64,000 nt of DNA from a virus: positions 31,912-95,911 of the IMG/VR virus record IMGVR_UViG_3300050120_000309. The stretch is one strand, 5' to 3'. Both the position numbers and the translations under genes were made by a program. The notes under the pieces were generated by a model, which saw only the letters and a program-made list of their open reading frames with translations, did not search any database and was not told the DNA's origin. Below are positions 1 through 10,433 of this stretch, piece after piece; within the stretch, counting starts at the first letter, position 1; the number at the start of each line of letters is the position of its first letter.

Positions 1-63
1 TCCAGACATTTAGATAGAGACCTCTCAGAGACCAGTCTCCTGATCCGAGCCTTCGAGCCAAAG

Positions 64-501
64 TTATGTAGTTGAGGAATGTGCCCGAAGATACATAGCC
101 GCGGCATCGACTACTGTTGGTTCATCCAAGAAGTGAGCGATACCAAGATTGCAGCGGGTACAAAGTAATCCACGTACTGAACCGGTAATGTGATCGTGAT
201 CGACCGCTAATCTCTTACCGTTTGTGCCAGGTTTGAGGCATATTGCGCAGACGCCATTCTGTGAAATTAGAAGGAGCTGGAAGTCTTCCTCGCGGAGGAA
301 TATACCTAGCCGCTGACGATCTCTTTGCTTCTTCTGAGTCGAGTGATGAGGCAGACATGCCCTCGCTCTGTCTACCGACAAGCATCTCCAAGCTTGCTTT
401 CCTGAGGCTCGTATTCCTTTTGTACGAATACCTGCAGGACCACAAACTGAACATTGTGCTGTTCGACCTGCGGCATCGATATTTGATAGTTTGTGTCGCA
501 T
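64..501 (-). CDS. Endonuclease VII-family HNH nuclease (probable homing endonuclease)
   Basis: CAIC...LAVDHDH.TG.VRGLLC..CN.G motif typical of the EndoVII family. Confidence 0.85.
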   Translation of the reverse strand: MRHKLSNIDAAGRTAQCSVCGPAGIRTKGIRASGKQAWRCLSVDRARACLPHHSTQKKQRDRQRLGIFLREEDFQLLLISQNGVCAICLKPGTNGKRLAVDHDHITGSVRGLLCTRCNLGIAHFLDEPTVVDAAAMYLRAHSSTT

Positions 502-503
502 TC

Positions 504-537
504 AAACAAAAGAGGGTGGCGCGATGGCCACCCTCTC
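504..537 (-). terminator. Intrinsic terminator downstream of the major capsid gene
   Basis: Minus strand AGAGGGTGGC-CATCGC-GCCACCCTCT followed by TTTGTTT. Confidence 0.75.
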
Positions 538-561
538 GTGAAGGGTCTAAGACCCGTGTGC

Positions 562-1893
562 TTAGTTCGCGTTGTTGACGTCGAGCGGTGTGGTACCGTC
601 GAAGATCTTGACTGCCGGATCCATGAGGTCCTGGAACGGGCTGTTCGCGTCGGAGAGGTTGAACACCGAGCGTGCCGGCAGAACAAACTCGTTCGGGCGA
701 ACCTTCACGTTCTTGGCCACTGCGACTGCCTGTGCCTCATGGAGGATGCCGAAGCCGTAGGTCTCTTCGATCGCCATGTAGTTCAGGCCGTAACGCTGGT
801 CGGTCCAGTCCTTGACGTGTGCATCCTCGCCGACGATGAGAGCACCGAGGTTACGCGACTCGAACATGAGAATGTCCGTGGTGCGGTTGATCGGGTCAAA
901 GTTGACGAACGGGGATACCAGGATCTTGAACGGCAGGCCGAGGTAGTTCGGCAGCTGCATCGCCGAGTCCTGACGCTGCGGGAGACCGTCTGGGCGAGAA
1001 GTCTGTCCACCGGTCTGTACGCCATTGACGTACTTGCCCTGCTGACCAGCTCCGTTGCCGAGACCCTTGAAGTTGTAGAAGTCGTTGCCCTTCGACGCTG
1101 GGTTACCGCTCCAGTTGGCGAAGTACGAACCACCACCAGCCTGGATCGCGAACTCGCGAAGGACCGGATCCTTGACCCACATGAGCCAGGTCATCGGGTG
1201 TACGAGCATGGTGTCAGGAATGAAGCCCTGTGCCATGACCTGTGCGTACATGTCGAAGACGTCATCGAGCGTCATCGATCCGTTGAGCACGCCCTTGTAG
1301 TTACGGCCGGTCGTGGTGCCCTTGACTGGCTGAACGAGCGAAGAGGTGAGACGAGCAGCTGGGTTGTTGTCATAGACAACGGTGCCGAGCTGGGTGATGA
1401 ACGAGAAGATGTACTCTTCCTTGTGGCGGGCAAGGGCGTTACCGGCAAGACGGAGCCAGTAGTTGATCCAGGGGTAGCTGGATTCCTTGACGAAGCGCTC
1501 ATGGATCTTGAGTCCGAGGCCGTGACGCTTGACGGTCACGCCGAAGCTCTGAGCTCCACCGATGTTGATGTTCACGAACGGAACGTCAGCACCGTCGGCA
1601 ACCTCTTCTGCACGCAGAGGCTCGATCGCCGGGAACACGGTCATCATGCCCTCTTCGTACTCGATGCGCTGAAGGAGGTTGGTACCGATCAACAGGGGCT
1701 CAATACCCTCCTGGACCATCTGGGTCATGGCGCGAGGAATAAGGAAGGCAGCATTCTGGACGTCCATTGCGTCCTTCATGGTGAACTTCTTATCGGTCTC
1801 GGGGTCGTAACCGTTGGTACGGAAGATATTCTCGAGACGCGCAAGGTTCTTGTAGTCGCCGTCAGTCATCGTGATTGTTGGGGTGTGCTGCAT
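562..1893 (-). CDS. Major capsid protein (HK97-fold, inferred)
   Basis: 443 aa with strong AGGAGG RBS; AFLIP...EG..P and LAGNALARHKE segments resemble large-phage capsids; lies downstream of protease and portal; followed by a terminator. Confidence 0.8.
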   Translation of the reverse strand: MQHTPTITMTDGDYKNLARLENIFRTNGYDPETDKKFTMKDAMDVQNAAFLIPRAMTQMVQEGIEPLLIGTNLLQRIEYEEGMMTVFPAIEPLRAEEVADGADVPFVNINIGGAQSFGVTVKRHGLGLKIHERFVKESSYPWINYWLRLAGNALARHKEEYIFSFITQLGTVVYDNNPAARLTSSLVQPVKGTTTGRNYKGVLNGSMTLDDVFDMYAQVMAQGFIPDTMLVHPMTWLMWVKDPVLREFAIQAGGGSYFANWSGNPASKGNDFYNFKGLGNGAGQQGKYVNGVQTGGQTSRPDGLPQRQDSAMQLPNYLGLPFKILVSPFVNFDPINRTTDILMFESRNLGALIVGEDAHVKDWTDQRYGLNYMAIEETYGFGILHEAQAVAVAKNVKVRPNEFVLPARSVFNLSDANSPFQDLMDPAVKIFDGTTPLDVNNAN

Positions 1894-1968
1894 GAGTACG
1901 TGCCTCCTAAAGGCGTTTCAGTCCTGGTGCGGACGGGATTGTGAATTGGGGACAGAGAATGAAGCGTC

Positions 1969-2166
1969 TTAGGATCGGGCGATCCGGACTTCGACACTGC
2001 TCTTGCAGCGATCGCAGCGGAAGTTGCCGGCGATCTGACCAGAGGAATTGGCCTTTGCGAGAAGCTTGTTGCAAGGCTTGCTTGCATCAGCAGCTCGCGG
2101 AGAGTGGCAGCGTAGGCCGCCGTCTTGGACGACGGCCTTACCGCTTGTGATAATCGTCTGCACCAT
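1969..2166 (-). CDS. Com-like (Mu Com family) zinc-ribbon protein
   Basis: RC...CNKLLAK...CDRCK matches the Com pattern RCxxCNKLL...CxRC with an insertion; AGGA RBS. Confidence 0.6.
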   Translation of the reverse strand: MVQTIITSGKAVVQDGGLRCHSPRAADASKPCNKLLAKANSSGQIAGNFRCDRCKSSVEVRIARS

Positions 2167-2187
2167 TCGTGATGGTCCTGTCTCGAC

Positions 2188-3594
2188 TTACAGGTTGATA
2201 CGCACGATCACGTGAGTGGAGTACTCAGGACGGAGCGTCTTGGCCTGATCGATGGCGTGAATGAACAGACCATCGGTCGTGACGGAGATGTGGTACGGAA
2301 GACCGCGAGTTGCGGAACCGCCCATACGGATGGCGACAGGGTTCGGATCAACCATCGGACCAACCATCGGACGATCGAACTGAGTGCGAACGCGGCCGAG
2401 GAAGCCAACTGGGTTGAGGTTCTGGATACCGATCACGCGCCCGACAATGTCGCTCGGGTTGTGGACGGCCGGATCATACGGGGAGAAGTTACCCGCATCC
2501 GTTCCGTTCGCCTGGGAAGAAGCCACTACAGCAGAGCCGTAGGAGAATCCGCCAACGCCCGATGCACCGGTGAAGTGGGTGAAGGAACGACCGAGGCCCT
2601 GGAAGTAGCCCGTGATGCCATCCGTTGCAGCAAGCTGCGTCAGGGTGGTCGGGGTTGCACCGATCCATGGCAGCTTGAGAACAAACTGGGTCTGGATGGC
2701 GGTTCCCATCTCGTGCATGTAGTTCAGGACCAGGAAGCCCACTGGAACAACGCCGTCGAGGACGTAGTTGATGCCGGTTGCGGAGCTGGTGGTGTTGATG
2801 TTCGCGCCGGTGTTCACGCCACCGATGTACTGGTACACGTTACGGACAGCCGCGCCGATGGGGCGGGCCTTACCGGTCGGGAAGAGGTCGCAGGCCTGGC
2901 CGAAGGTTACATCTCCAGTGCGGATCGTGAGGACCTGACCAGAAGGCAGGGTCACGGTGTCGCCGGCTGCAGCGTCCGAAGGAGCTGCGAGAACAGCGAA
3001 CTCACCAGCAGATGCAACGCGTGCGCCAGTCTGGGGGTTGAATGCGAACCGGATGTCCGAAGGGGAGTATGCAATGACGCAATACTGACCAGCGTTCTTC
3101 AGGATGGCAGACCCGCTATCGGTCGCGCCGGCAACGTCAGCCGAAGCTACGTCAACGGTGAACTCAGATGCGCTGGCGGTCTGAACAACGAAGGTGCCGT
3201 TGAGCGCCGCGGTGTTCGTGAGACCAGTGATGACGATCGACTCGCCAGCCTTGAGCTGACCAGACTTGGTCGAAGTCAGGATTCCGGTTCCGCCTTCAAT
3301 CTGCGAATGGGTGATGGCAAGGGCCTTGGCCGGAGCCTGGGTACCGGAGAAGAGACCAGCTGGCACGAGGCCGCCGTTCTTGTCCTGGCCGACGAGCTGG
3401 TGCGCGCCGATCACGATCGAAGCAAGCTTCGGGTGACCCTGGTCCTGACGGAGGGTAGGAAGGTATGGCGCCGGGTATGCAACTGGCAGCCAGGGGCGGA
3501 GCCATTCGGACGACTCAAGGTCCGGGGTGGTCTGACCAATACGATCCTGTCCATACAGGTTGCCGAAGAACTGGCCGTTTACGTCTCTGCTCAT
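2188..3594 (-). CDS. Virion head structural/decoration protein
   Basis: 468 aa, Gly/Thr/Ala rich, with an internal beta module (LKAGESIVITGL...LNGTFVV); located between protease and capsid genes. Confidence 0.55.
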   Translation of the reverse strand: MSRDVNGQFFGNLYGQDRIGQTTPDLESSEWLRPWLPVAYPAPYLPTLRQDQGHPKLASIVIGAHQLVGQDKNGGLVPAGLFSGTQAPAKALAITHSQIEGGTGILTSTKSGQLKAGESIVITGLTNTAALNGTFVVQTASASEFTVDVASADVAGATDSGSAILKNAGQYCVIAYSPSDIRFAFNPQTGARVASAGEFAVLAAPSDAAAGDTVTLPSGQVLTIRTGDVTFGQACDLFPTGKARPIGAAVRNVYQYIGGVNTGANINTTSSATGINYVLDGVVPVGFLVLNYMHEMGTAIQTQFVLKLPWIGATPTTLTQLAATDGITGYFQGLGRSFTHFTGASGVGGFSYGSAVVASSQANGTDAGNFSPYDPAVHNPSDIVGRVIGIQNLNPVGFLGRVRTQFDRPMVGPMVDPNPVAIRMGGSATRGLPYHISVTTDGLFIHAIDQAKTLRPEYSTHVIVRINL

Positions 3595-3614
3595 TGTGTT
3601 TTCCTTTGAAGGGG

Positions 3615-6056
3615 TTACTTGATCTGTGCAGCCTCGAGCCGCATTTTGCCGAGGAATCGCGCTCTTTCGGGAGGCGACATATAACGAAGGCGTGACTGGA
3701 GCAAGTGCTGAGCCTCAAGAGTGGCTTCATCCAGGACAGCGTCTGTTGCCGTAGCAGCAGCTGCTGTCGCATCCGTGATCTGTGTGTGGTCATCAACCGC
3801 TACGGTCGTCTCGATGGGCGTTGTAGCAGCAGTGGAGTCTGTGAACTTGAGGCCCGTGAGGATGTCGGATACCGAGTCGCGCAGGCTGGTGATATGCCGC
3901 TTCGACAGGGACTCGATCTTCTCGTTGGTCTGCTCGGCAGTCAGGCTCTTGAAGCCGTCGTGTCCCTTGAGTACGTTGTGCATGACGATTTGCTGAGCGA
4001 GGGTGTGCTTGGTCGCTGCGAGGATGACATTGCGCGATGAAACGAGCGCCGTGTTCTCGGCAACAAGCGAATCTTTCTCGGACATGAGGCCGTTGAGAAC
4101 CTCGTCCTTCTCATCCAGCTCGGAGCGCATCAGAACGACGTGATCCTTATTGCCGGCGAGACGGGACATTGCCCAGGCGAACTGGTCGTCTGCACTCCAG
4201 TGATCAAGCATGGAACGAACTGCCTGACGAAGAATCCAGGTTGCGTCGTAGTAGCCGTCGGTCTCCTTCGGAAGGGCGGTGTAACCCTTGTCGAGGGACT
4301 TCAGAGTGGCTACGAGCGAAGCCCGTACTTCAGGTGCGATCTCTTTCGGAGCGGTAGCGCCATCCTTGAGGACGACAGAACCAATGGCAGCATCTACGAG
4401 CTTGGTGTACGCCTCGTCTGTCTGGTTGGACCCGTCGGCGACGGCGGTGGTGTCTTCACCCGCCTTGGTTGGAGCAGGAAAAGCCGCTTCTTTGATCGTG
4501 ATGTTGCCCAGGATCTGATCTCTGAGCTCTACTGAGATCTTGGCGCGTCCCAGAACCGTCCGGGCAGCAGCTGCAGAAGCAGCGTCAGCGATCGGGAAGG
4601 TCGAGAGCGGACCACAGTAGGAATCTTTGTTGTCGACAAGCTGGGTGTCGCCCATCTCGAGAACTACTTCAGCCAGGACACCAGCGGCGTCAGCGAAGAA
4701 GTCACGATCGAGATCGTTGGCTGCTTTCCAGTCAGCGAAGTCGGTGGCCGCGGGAGCAGCATCTGCCTTCGTGCATTCGCAGTCATCTCCACCCTCGCAA
4801 CCCTCTTCGTGCTTCATGGCGATTTCCTTGCCCTGAAACTCCTTGGCTGCCTTGGCGGACTTGGTGGAAACACCCTTGGATTGACCGGACGGACCAGCCT
4901 TCTCCTTCTTCTTGGCGTCTTCCATCAGCTCTACGAGTTCTGCTGCTACAACTGGGTCAGTCGCGTCCTGCACGATGGCGTCCCACTTGTTCTTGCGAAT
5001 CTTGGCATTGACGACGGAAACCAGGCTGCGCTTCGAGGTCTTCAGCTCTTCCGTCTCAGGCGCCCAGGCAGCGAGTGAGTCCTTGACGGACAGAGCACGC
5101 TCAGAGGTGAGATCTGGGGACTTCAGTTCGGTGCTTAGCGCAGCAAAGTCAAGCGTCGAAATGTCGAGAACTGAATTCATTGAATCCTCGGCTACAGACA
5201 AATCGGACTCATACAAACCATCCGTGAGTCGTAGTCCGTCAGCGGTTGCGGTGTTCTGCATGTTGATTGGGAGACCCAGGAAGAACATCTTCTCTAGGCT
5301 GTCGGTCAGAACCTTCTTGCTGAGGGTGGTGGCGAATGGGTCAGCAGCGAAGTTGATAAAACTGACTTCCTGGTTGATCAACGAGCCGGCGATGATGAAC
5401 ATCGACTTGCCGTCTTCCATCTCGCCCGGCTTGTGTCCGCACTTACCGTCGGTTGCCCAATCGGTGTGGCACAGAGAGCAGACCGCAGCATCGGTTTTGA
5501 ACCCGACTGAAACTGTGAGGTACTCATCAGCTAGAACTTTGCGGATCGCATCGGGATTCGTGATGCGCAGACCGAGGTCGGTGTAACCCAGACCCGTGTA
5601 CTCGTCAAGCGGAAGTAGATTGTCTACGATCCAGTCAACTGAATCGAACAGGCTCTTTCGCTTGCGACCGTCACGCTGGTAGAAGAGGAAGTCCTTCAGG
5701 ACAGGCATGTCAGTGCTGTACTTGTAGCTCTCGTCGACGTACTTTGCTTCGAGAACTCTTCCAAGAACATCACCATGCTCGTTGTGTCCAATAAGGACCG
5801 GGCGGGCTGTTCTCAGAGTGGTGAGGCCATCTTCAGACTTCTGTGGGAGCCAGGTGTGAATGGACTCCATCATCTTGTCGGGGCGGTAGAATCTCCGGTT
5901 CCCGTTGACGATGCCAGCATGGGAAGCAGCTACATGAACAAGCAGGCTGTGGCCAGTGTCGGACTGAGAGTCCTTGCACTCGAACAGGTGTTGCTTATTC
6001 TCCCGGACTTCCGTAGGGCGGAAGGTCCAGAAGTCGCGCATCTGGATCCAGGACAT
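3615..6056 (-). CDS. Prohead protease fused to scaffold-like region
   Basis: N-terminal ASHAG..N.N.RFY, PVLIGH, LGRV, YLTVSVG and CSLC motifs, then an acidic/Ala-rich helical C-terminal half; position next to portal. Confidence 0.7.
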   Translation of the reverse strand: MSWIQMRDFWTFRPTEVRENKQHLFECKDSQSDTGHSLLVHVAASHAGIVNGNRRFYRPDKMMESIHTWLPQKSEDGLTTLRTARPVLIGHNEHGDVLGRVLEAKYVDESYKYSTDMPVLKDFLFYQRDGRKRKSLFDSVDWIVDNLLPLDEYTGLGYTDLGLRITNPDAIRKVLADEYLTVSVGFKTDAAVCSLCHTDWATDGKCGHKPGEMEDGKSMFIIAGSLINQEVSFINFAADPFATTLSKKVLTDSLEKMFFLGLPINMQNTATADGLRLTDGLYESDLSVAEDSMNSVLDISTLDFAALSTELKSPDLTSERALSVKDSLAAWAPETEELKTSKRSLVSVVNAKIRKNKWDAIVQDATDPVVAAELVELMEDAKKKEKAGPSGQSKGVSTKSAKAAKEFQGKEIAMKHEEGCEGGDDCECTKADAAPAATDFADWKAANDLDRDFFADAAGVLAEVVLEMGDTQLVDNKDSYCGPLSTFPIADAASAAAARTVLGRAKISVELRDQILGNITIKEAAFPAPTKAGEDTTAVADGSNQTDEAYTKLVDAAIGSVVLKDGATAPKEIAPEVRASLVATLKSLDKGYTALPKETDGYYDATWILRQAVRSMLDHWSADDQFAWAMSRLAGNKDHVVLMRSELDEKDEVLNGLMSEKDSLVAENTALVSSRNVILAATKHTLAQQIVMHNVLKGHDGFKSLTAEQTNEKIESLSKRHITSLRDSVSDILTGLKFTDSTAATTPIETTVAVDDHTQITDATAAAATATDAVLDEATLEAQHLLQSRLRYMSPPERARFLGKMRLEAAQIK

Positions 6057-6071
6057 GCTGCCTCTGACTTC

Positions 6072-6266
6072 TTACTGGTTTTGTGTGGAAGGACCGTACC
6101 CGGGGAGAGAAACAGGCGTTGGGCCTTTGCTCGTATCCGTAATCGGGGTTACACGGTAGTGAATTTGCTTAGAGAGATTCTGTGCGTCGGCGATCGGTGT
6201 TTTCCGGATCTGGTGAGGATGCTGGAAAAAGGTCACATTCGTCGGCTTGGTCGGATCTGAGGACAT
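6072..6266 (-). CDS. Hypothetical protein overlapping the portal 3' end
   Basis: 64-aa ORF filling the gap before the protease gene; lies downstream of the motif at 6369-6385. Confidence 0.4.
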   Translation of the reverse strand: MSSDPTKPTNVTFFQHPHQIRKTPIADAQNLSKQIHYRVTPITDTSKGPTPVSLPGYGPSTQNQ

Positions 6267-8397
6267 CGGATGCCTTGAGGCTCAGGCTCGATGACACAAG
6301 CACAGAGACCAGATCGGGGTCGTAGGTTGTAGCCACAAGCGACTTCATGTGGTCTATCCCCGTTCGGTCCTGTCTAGTATAGGAATTCACATCACCTTCA
6401 ACGGAATCACTAAGCAACCGGTCGGCTATCGTGTCGATCACGGCTGCTGATCGCACCTTCCAATCAGCGATATCCATGGAGCCAGTGAGACCGCATTCGC
6501 TCTGCATTGTCTCTGCAAGACTCACCAGTTCATCGGTGAAATCAGATGCTGCTCCTTCAAGCGCGCTCTGTGCCTTCGTTGGCCCGAGTGCAGTACCGTG
6601 CTGATTGGAGGGTGCATTCTTGTTTGCAACGGACTTCGCCGCGGGTGAGCTCTTCTTGGCGGTAGCGCGCTGAGGAGCGCCGCCACCAGCTTTGATGTGC
6701 GCAGTCTTCGCTTCGAGGACACTGACTTTGTGGCCGGAGGTAGCCTCGGAGTGAGCGGTCTTCGCCTTCATGAGACCTTGCTCGATGTTGGCCTGCTTGC
6801 CGGCGTGCTCGGTCTGCAGCGGCAAAGCTTCCTTCATCTGCTCATGCTGCATCTCCATGATGTCCATCTGCGATTTAGCTTTGGCCTTCTCTGTTTCCTG
6901 GACCAGGCGAACGACGTGCAGATCGAAGTGCAGCTTCTTGCGCTGAACCTCTTTGAATGTCTTCTTGCCGATCATCTTGCGCGCTTCATCCTCGTCGATG
7001 AGGTTGTTGAGGAAGAGCTGGATGACGTGGTTCTCGAACTTGATCTTGTTGTCGAGGTCGATCTCGTGGAAGAGGATCCATGTGCGCGCCACGGCCTTCT
7101 GGACGGAGACCGAGTAGGTCGCCTCCATAAAGAGTTCCTTGAAGATCTGCAGGCGCACGAGACCACCAAAGGTTTCGAGGTCAGCCTTGATGGCGTCCTT
7201 CAGGTTCTGAGAGATGTTGTCAGCAGTGGCTCGGTTGGCATTCTTGCCGTCACCCATATCGAGTGCAGACATACCAAGACCGGTGTAGATACGGCCTTTG
7301 TAGTGCTCGATCATGGTCTTTGGATCAAGACCCTTGCCTTCGGCACCGACGACGGCGACTTCGACGCGCTCGTCTGTAACGAACACACCTTCCTTCGGCA
7401 TGTTCTCGATTTGCCACTTGATCAGATCGGTCTCGCTGGTGCCGTTCTCATCCCAGGTGGCCGGGGCGTCCTCGGTTCCGACCTTGATGTGGAAGAGAGG
7501 GAAGAGGTGGTTGATGTATAGCAGCTCGACGTTCTCTTCGAGGCGGCGCAGGGCGAAGATGTCATCCTTGACGCCGACCAGGCGCGGGGTGCCGAAGCGA
7601 TGACCTGGCTTGACGTCCCATTTGAAGTGAATCACGTCGTCGAGGTCGATGTCCTGGAACGGAGCTCCTGTCTCGAAGTAGCGACGCCACTTGGTGGGCA
7701 CACCGTCCTCAAGATAGGGGAAGATCAGGTGGGCTGGGACCAGCCGGTAGCCGGCAACCGGAGGCTTACGGCCCTTCTTCTGTTTGACGGGCGCAGCATC
7801 TTCCTGACGGATCTTCTCAAGGAAGCAGTTCGAGGCGAGCAGGAGGTTGTAGAGAATCTGCGTGTAGAACGACTGTGTGTCGCGCTCCATCACGTACTCC
7901 ATCACCTCAAGCCGACGGGTCAGGTACTCGACGTCGGGATCCTGGTCGCCAATGATCTCGAAGCCGTTGCGGAACATCAGCGACAGCTTGCGACTGGTGG
8001 CCTGGCGGACATAGGGCTCTGTATCGAAGATCGTGAAGGGCTCGAGCAGGTTGTACTCGGGCTGAATGATGCCGGACATGCGCCGATAGGTCTGGTTGGC
8101 GTCATCTGTCCGCTTGGCGATGGACTCGGCGAGGGGCTGCGGAACCTTGATGCGGTCCTGCATCTTCAAAGTTGAGGTCTTGGCCATCGGAATGAAGCGC
8201 TCGCCGTCGGTCATGACCGTGTTCATGGTCAGCCGGTGCATGCCGCGCACGCTGGGCTTGAGCTCTACGCCGTCGACCTTTCGGACGAGACGCTGGGCCT
8301 TGGGAATGGAAAGAGACCCATCCTTCCAGGCGGTGAGCTTACTTTGGCGCTGCAGTTCATGATTGGCTTGTGACGCGAGTTGCTGCTTCGTTGGCAT
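6169..8397 (-). CDS. Portal protein
   Basis: 742 aa; VIHFKW...FGTP.L and FPLFHIKVG segments typical of portals; synteny with terminase and protease. Confidence 0.75.
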   Translation of the reverse strand: MPTKQQLASQANHELQRQSKLTAWKDGSLSIPKAQRLVRKVDGVELKPSVRGMHRLTMNTVMTDGERFIPMAKTSTLKMQDRIKVPQPLAESIAKRTDDANQTYRRMSGIIQPEYNLLEPFTIFDTEPYVRQATSRKLSLMFRNGFEIIGDQDPDVEYLTRRLEVMEYVMERDTQSFYTQILYNLLLASNCFLEKIRQEDAAPVKQKKGRKPPVAGYRLVPAHLIFPYLEDGVPTKWRRYFETGAPFQDIDLDDVIHFKWDVKPGHRFGTPRLVGVKDDIFALRRLEENVELLYINHLFPLFHIKVGTEDAPATWDENGTSETDLIKWQIENMPKEGVFVTDERVEVAVVGAEGKGLDPKTMIEHYKGRIYTGLGMSALDMGDGKNANRATADNISQNLKDAIKADLETFGGLVRLQIFKELFMEATYSVSVQKAVARTWILFHEIDLDNKIKFENHVIQLFLNNLIDEDEARKMIGKKTFKEVQRKKLHFDLHVVRLVQETEKAKAKSQMDIMEMQHEQMKEALPLQTEHAGKQANIEQGLMKAKTAHSEATSGHKVSVLEAKTAHIKAGGGAPQRATAKKSSPAAKSVANKNAPSNQHGTALGPTKAQSALEGAASDFTDELVSLAETMQSECGLTGSMDIADWKVRSAAVIDTIADRLLSDSVEGDVNSYTRQDRTGIDHMKSLVATTYDPDLVSVLVSSSLSLKASDVLRSDQADECDLFPASSPDPENTDRRRTESL
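6369..6385 (-). promoter_or_regulatory. Putative late promoter TTCCTATACTAGACAGG
   Basis: One of three 17-bp copies identical at 16 positions; contains a TATACT -10-like hexamer; upstream of protease-capsid genes. Confidence 0.65.
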
Positions 8398-8411
8398 AGG
8401 ATACCGGGGTG

Positions 8412-10019
8412 TTACAGAGACTGGCTGATGCCGGAGATGGCGGTCTGAACGCCGGCTTTGGAGAGGACCGCTGCGGCGGCGGCAGTTGGAGCGGGGACAG
8501 CAGGCGGGGTGACGGTGATGACACCGTTCGAGACGGTGTAGCTGGCACCGTTGCCAGACTGCGTTGTGGCGAGGATGGAGCCGACGGTGGATAGGAGGGT
8601 CGTCGAGCTGGATGCTGCGGTAGTCGTGCTTTGCTGCTGCTTGAGGAACGAATCAGCCAGGGAAGAGAGGGTTCCGAGGTTGTTGACCATCGTCAGCAGC
8701 TTCACCTGGTTGCAGGTGTCGGACTGCGTGCGGGTCATGAGCTTCTTGAAGGAGTTCAACGACGTGGAGATCTTGCTATTCGCCTTCGCCATACTCCAGT
8801 CGAGGATCGTGGACAATTCCTGCATGCCAGAAGAGAGTCCGAGAGATATTCCCGACGAACTTGACTGAGAGCAGCTCGGAGAGGGTGCCGGCGGAGCGGC
8901 GGGCGGGGGTGGGGTCGCCGAAGAGGTTCCACAGGCTGACGCGGCGCTGTTCGACGTGATCAAACCGGCCAGCGCGCCGCTTGTGACGCGCGCATCTTGG
9001 GTTGTCGTGCGCAAAACACCGATCAAGGAGCTTGCAGCACCGCTCTGGACCGAAGTGAGGCCGGCTCCGAGGCTGTTGGTCATCGATTTCAGAGGAGCGA
9101 TCGCCATTTGAGCGATTCGATCGAGAGAAAAGACCATCGAGGAGGCGTCGCTCATCAACTGGACGAAGACGAAGGAGGTCAGACCGTTGGAGATGTCCTG
9201 AAGACTCTCGCTGGCGTCCGTTGATTGGACCAAAGTGAAGAGACTCTTGACCTGAGCGAGTTCTGAAGTGGCCAGGTTGGCGAATGTGTTCACCATGCAG
9301 CCAATGTCCTGGCTGATCGACGAAATACCCGCCATCATCGAGAAGGCGGACGCATAAGTGAGCCCCATTGCTGCAACGTGGTCAGTGAGGGCGTCATTCA
9401 CGTCGTCTCCGACGTCGACAGTCGATGCTGGAATGACATTGGGTGACGATGCGGTAGCTGCTACCCCGGCCGCGGCCGGATAAGTAGTGAGTTGACTGGC
9501 GATTGCGGTGTAGACCGTTGCCTGGGTCTTGAGACTGCGCAGCATCAGGGGAAGCTGGGAGCTGAAGTCGCCCTGGCCGGCTAGGCCCGCCTCAACTGCC
9601 TTGTTGATCGTGACGACAGCCTGGTTCTGAAAGGGATTGGGCTGAATCGTAGCATCGGTGCCGGCGGCCTGTGTGAGTTGCTGCGCGCCGAACTCCACAT
9701 CGAGGAGATTGGAGTACATCAGCATCGAGACCGCCGGAGGAATGGCCCCGTAGATGGCACTGAGAGCGCGGCCGAGGTCAGGGTTCGATGCAGTGTTGAC
9801 GGTGATGCCGAGGCCCTTGGTCAAACTGAGAATCACGCCCTGCAGATAGACTGCCGTACCGGCCAGGTCGATCAGGTCGGCACTGAGCACTGTGGCGCGC
9901 GAGCTGTTCGTCGCCGTTCCACCGCCCGTCGTCGAAGTCGGAACGACAGAAGGGGTAGCTGACGGTGAAGGCACCGTGAGCGGGGGATTGCGAGCGAACT
10001 TCCATGGAGAGAAGGACAT
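8412..10019 (-). CDS. Ser/Thr/Ala-rich hypothetical protein, probably virion-associated
   Basis: 535-aa ORF between terminase and portal. Confidence 0.55.
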   Translation of the reverse strand: MSFSPWKFARNPPLTVPSPSATPSVVPTSTTGGGTATNSSRATVLSADLIDLAGTAVYLQGVILSLTKGLGITVNTASNPDLGRALSAIYGAIPPAVSMLMYSNLLDVEFGAQQLTQAAGTDATIQPNPFQNQAVVTINKAVEAGLAGQGDFSSQLPLMLRSLKTQATVYTAIASQLTTYPAAAGVAATASSPNVIPASTVDVGDDVNDALTDHVAAMGLTYASAFSMMAGISSISQDIGCMVNTFANLATSELAQVKSLFTLVQSTDASESLQDISNGLTSFVFVQLMSDASSMVFSLDRIAQMAIAPLKSMTNSLGAGLTSVQSGAASSLIGVLRTTTQDARVTSGALAGLITSNSAASACGTSSATPPPPAAPPAPSPSCSQSSSSGISLGLSSGMQELSTILDWSMAKANSKISTSLNSFKKLMTRTQSDTCNQVKLLTMVNNLGTLSSLADSFLKQQQSTTTAASSSTTLLSTVGSILATTQSGNGASYTVSNGVITVTPPAVPAPTAAAAAVLSKAGVQTAISGISQSL

Positions 10020-10022
10020 GAT

Positions 10023-10433
10023 TTACCCGGCTAGCGCCGAGACCTTGGCGCCGATGGCGGACGGGTTCTGGAGATCAGTTGGGGACAGGGCAAACACCTG
10101 ACCGAAGTTCTGGAGTGACTGGAACTGATTACCCACCTGGCCAAGAGCCGCATCGGGGTACATCATGGCAGCGACAGAAGCGTTGTTGGGGATCAGATAC
10201 TTGATCACGGCGTAAGCGGCAGCCAGAATCCAGTGGGTGGAGCTGTACGACGCCATCTGTGACTTGAAGTCGGACAGTCCGTGGAAGGTGGCGTTGTGAT
10301 AACTGAGGGAGCCAGCAAAGCCCAGCTGCTGCTGGAAGGGCCATTGCGTAAGCTTCGACATCACAGACACGGCAATCGGTCTCTCGAAGGAGCTGAGATA
10401 TCCGGCGGCGATGTTGCTTTGGACTTGGCTCAT
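10023..10433 (-). CDS. Hypothetical protein
   Basis: 136-aa ORF whose start overlaps the terminase stop. Confidence 0.6.
   Translation of the reverse strand: MSQVQSNIAAGYLSSFERPIAVSVMSKLTQWPFQQQLGFAGSLSYHNATFHGLSDFKSQMASYSSTHWILAAAYAVIKYLIPNNASVAAMMYPDAALGQVGNQFQSLQNFGQVFALSPTDLQNPSAIGAKVSALAG

Noticed and set aside
493-3609. Long plus-strand ORFs 493-1944 and 2212-3609, and similar antisense ORFs elsewhere
   Set aside because: They mirror the codon-biased minus-strand genes and have no motifs or convincing RBS, so they are antisense shadows.
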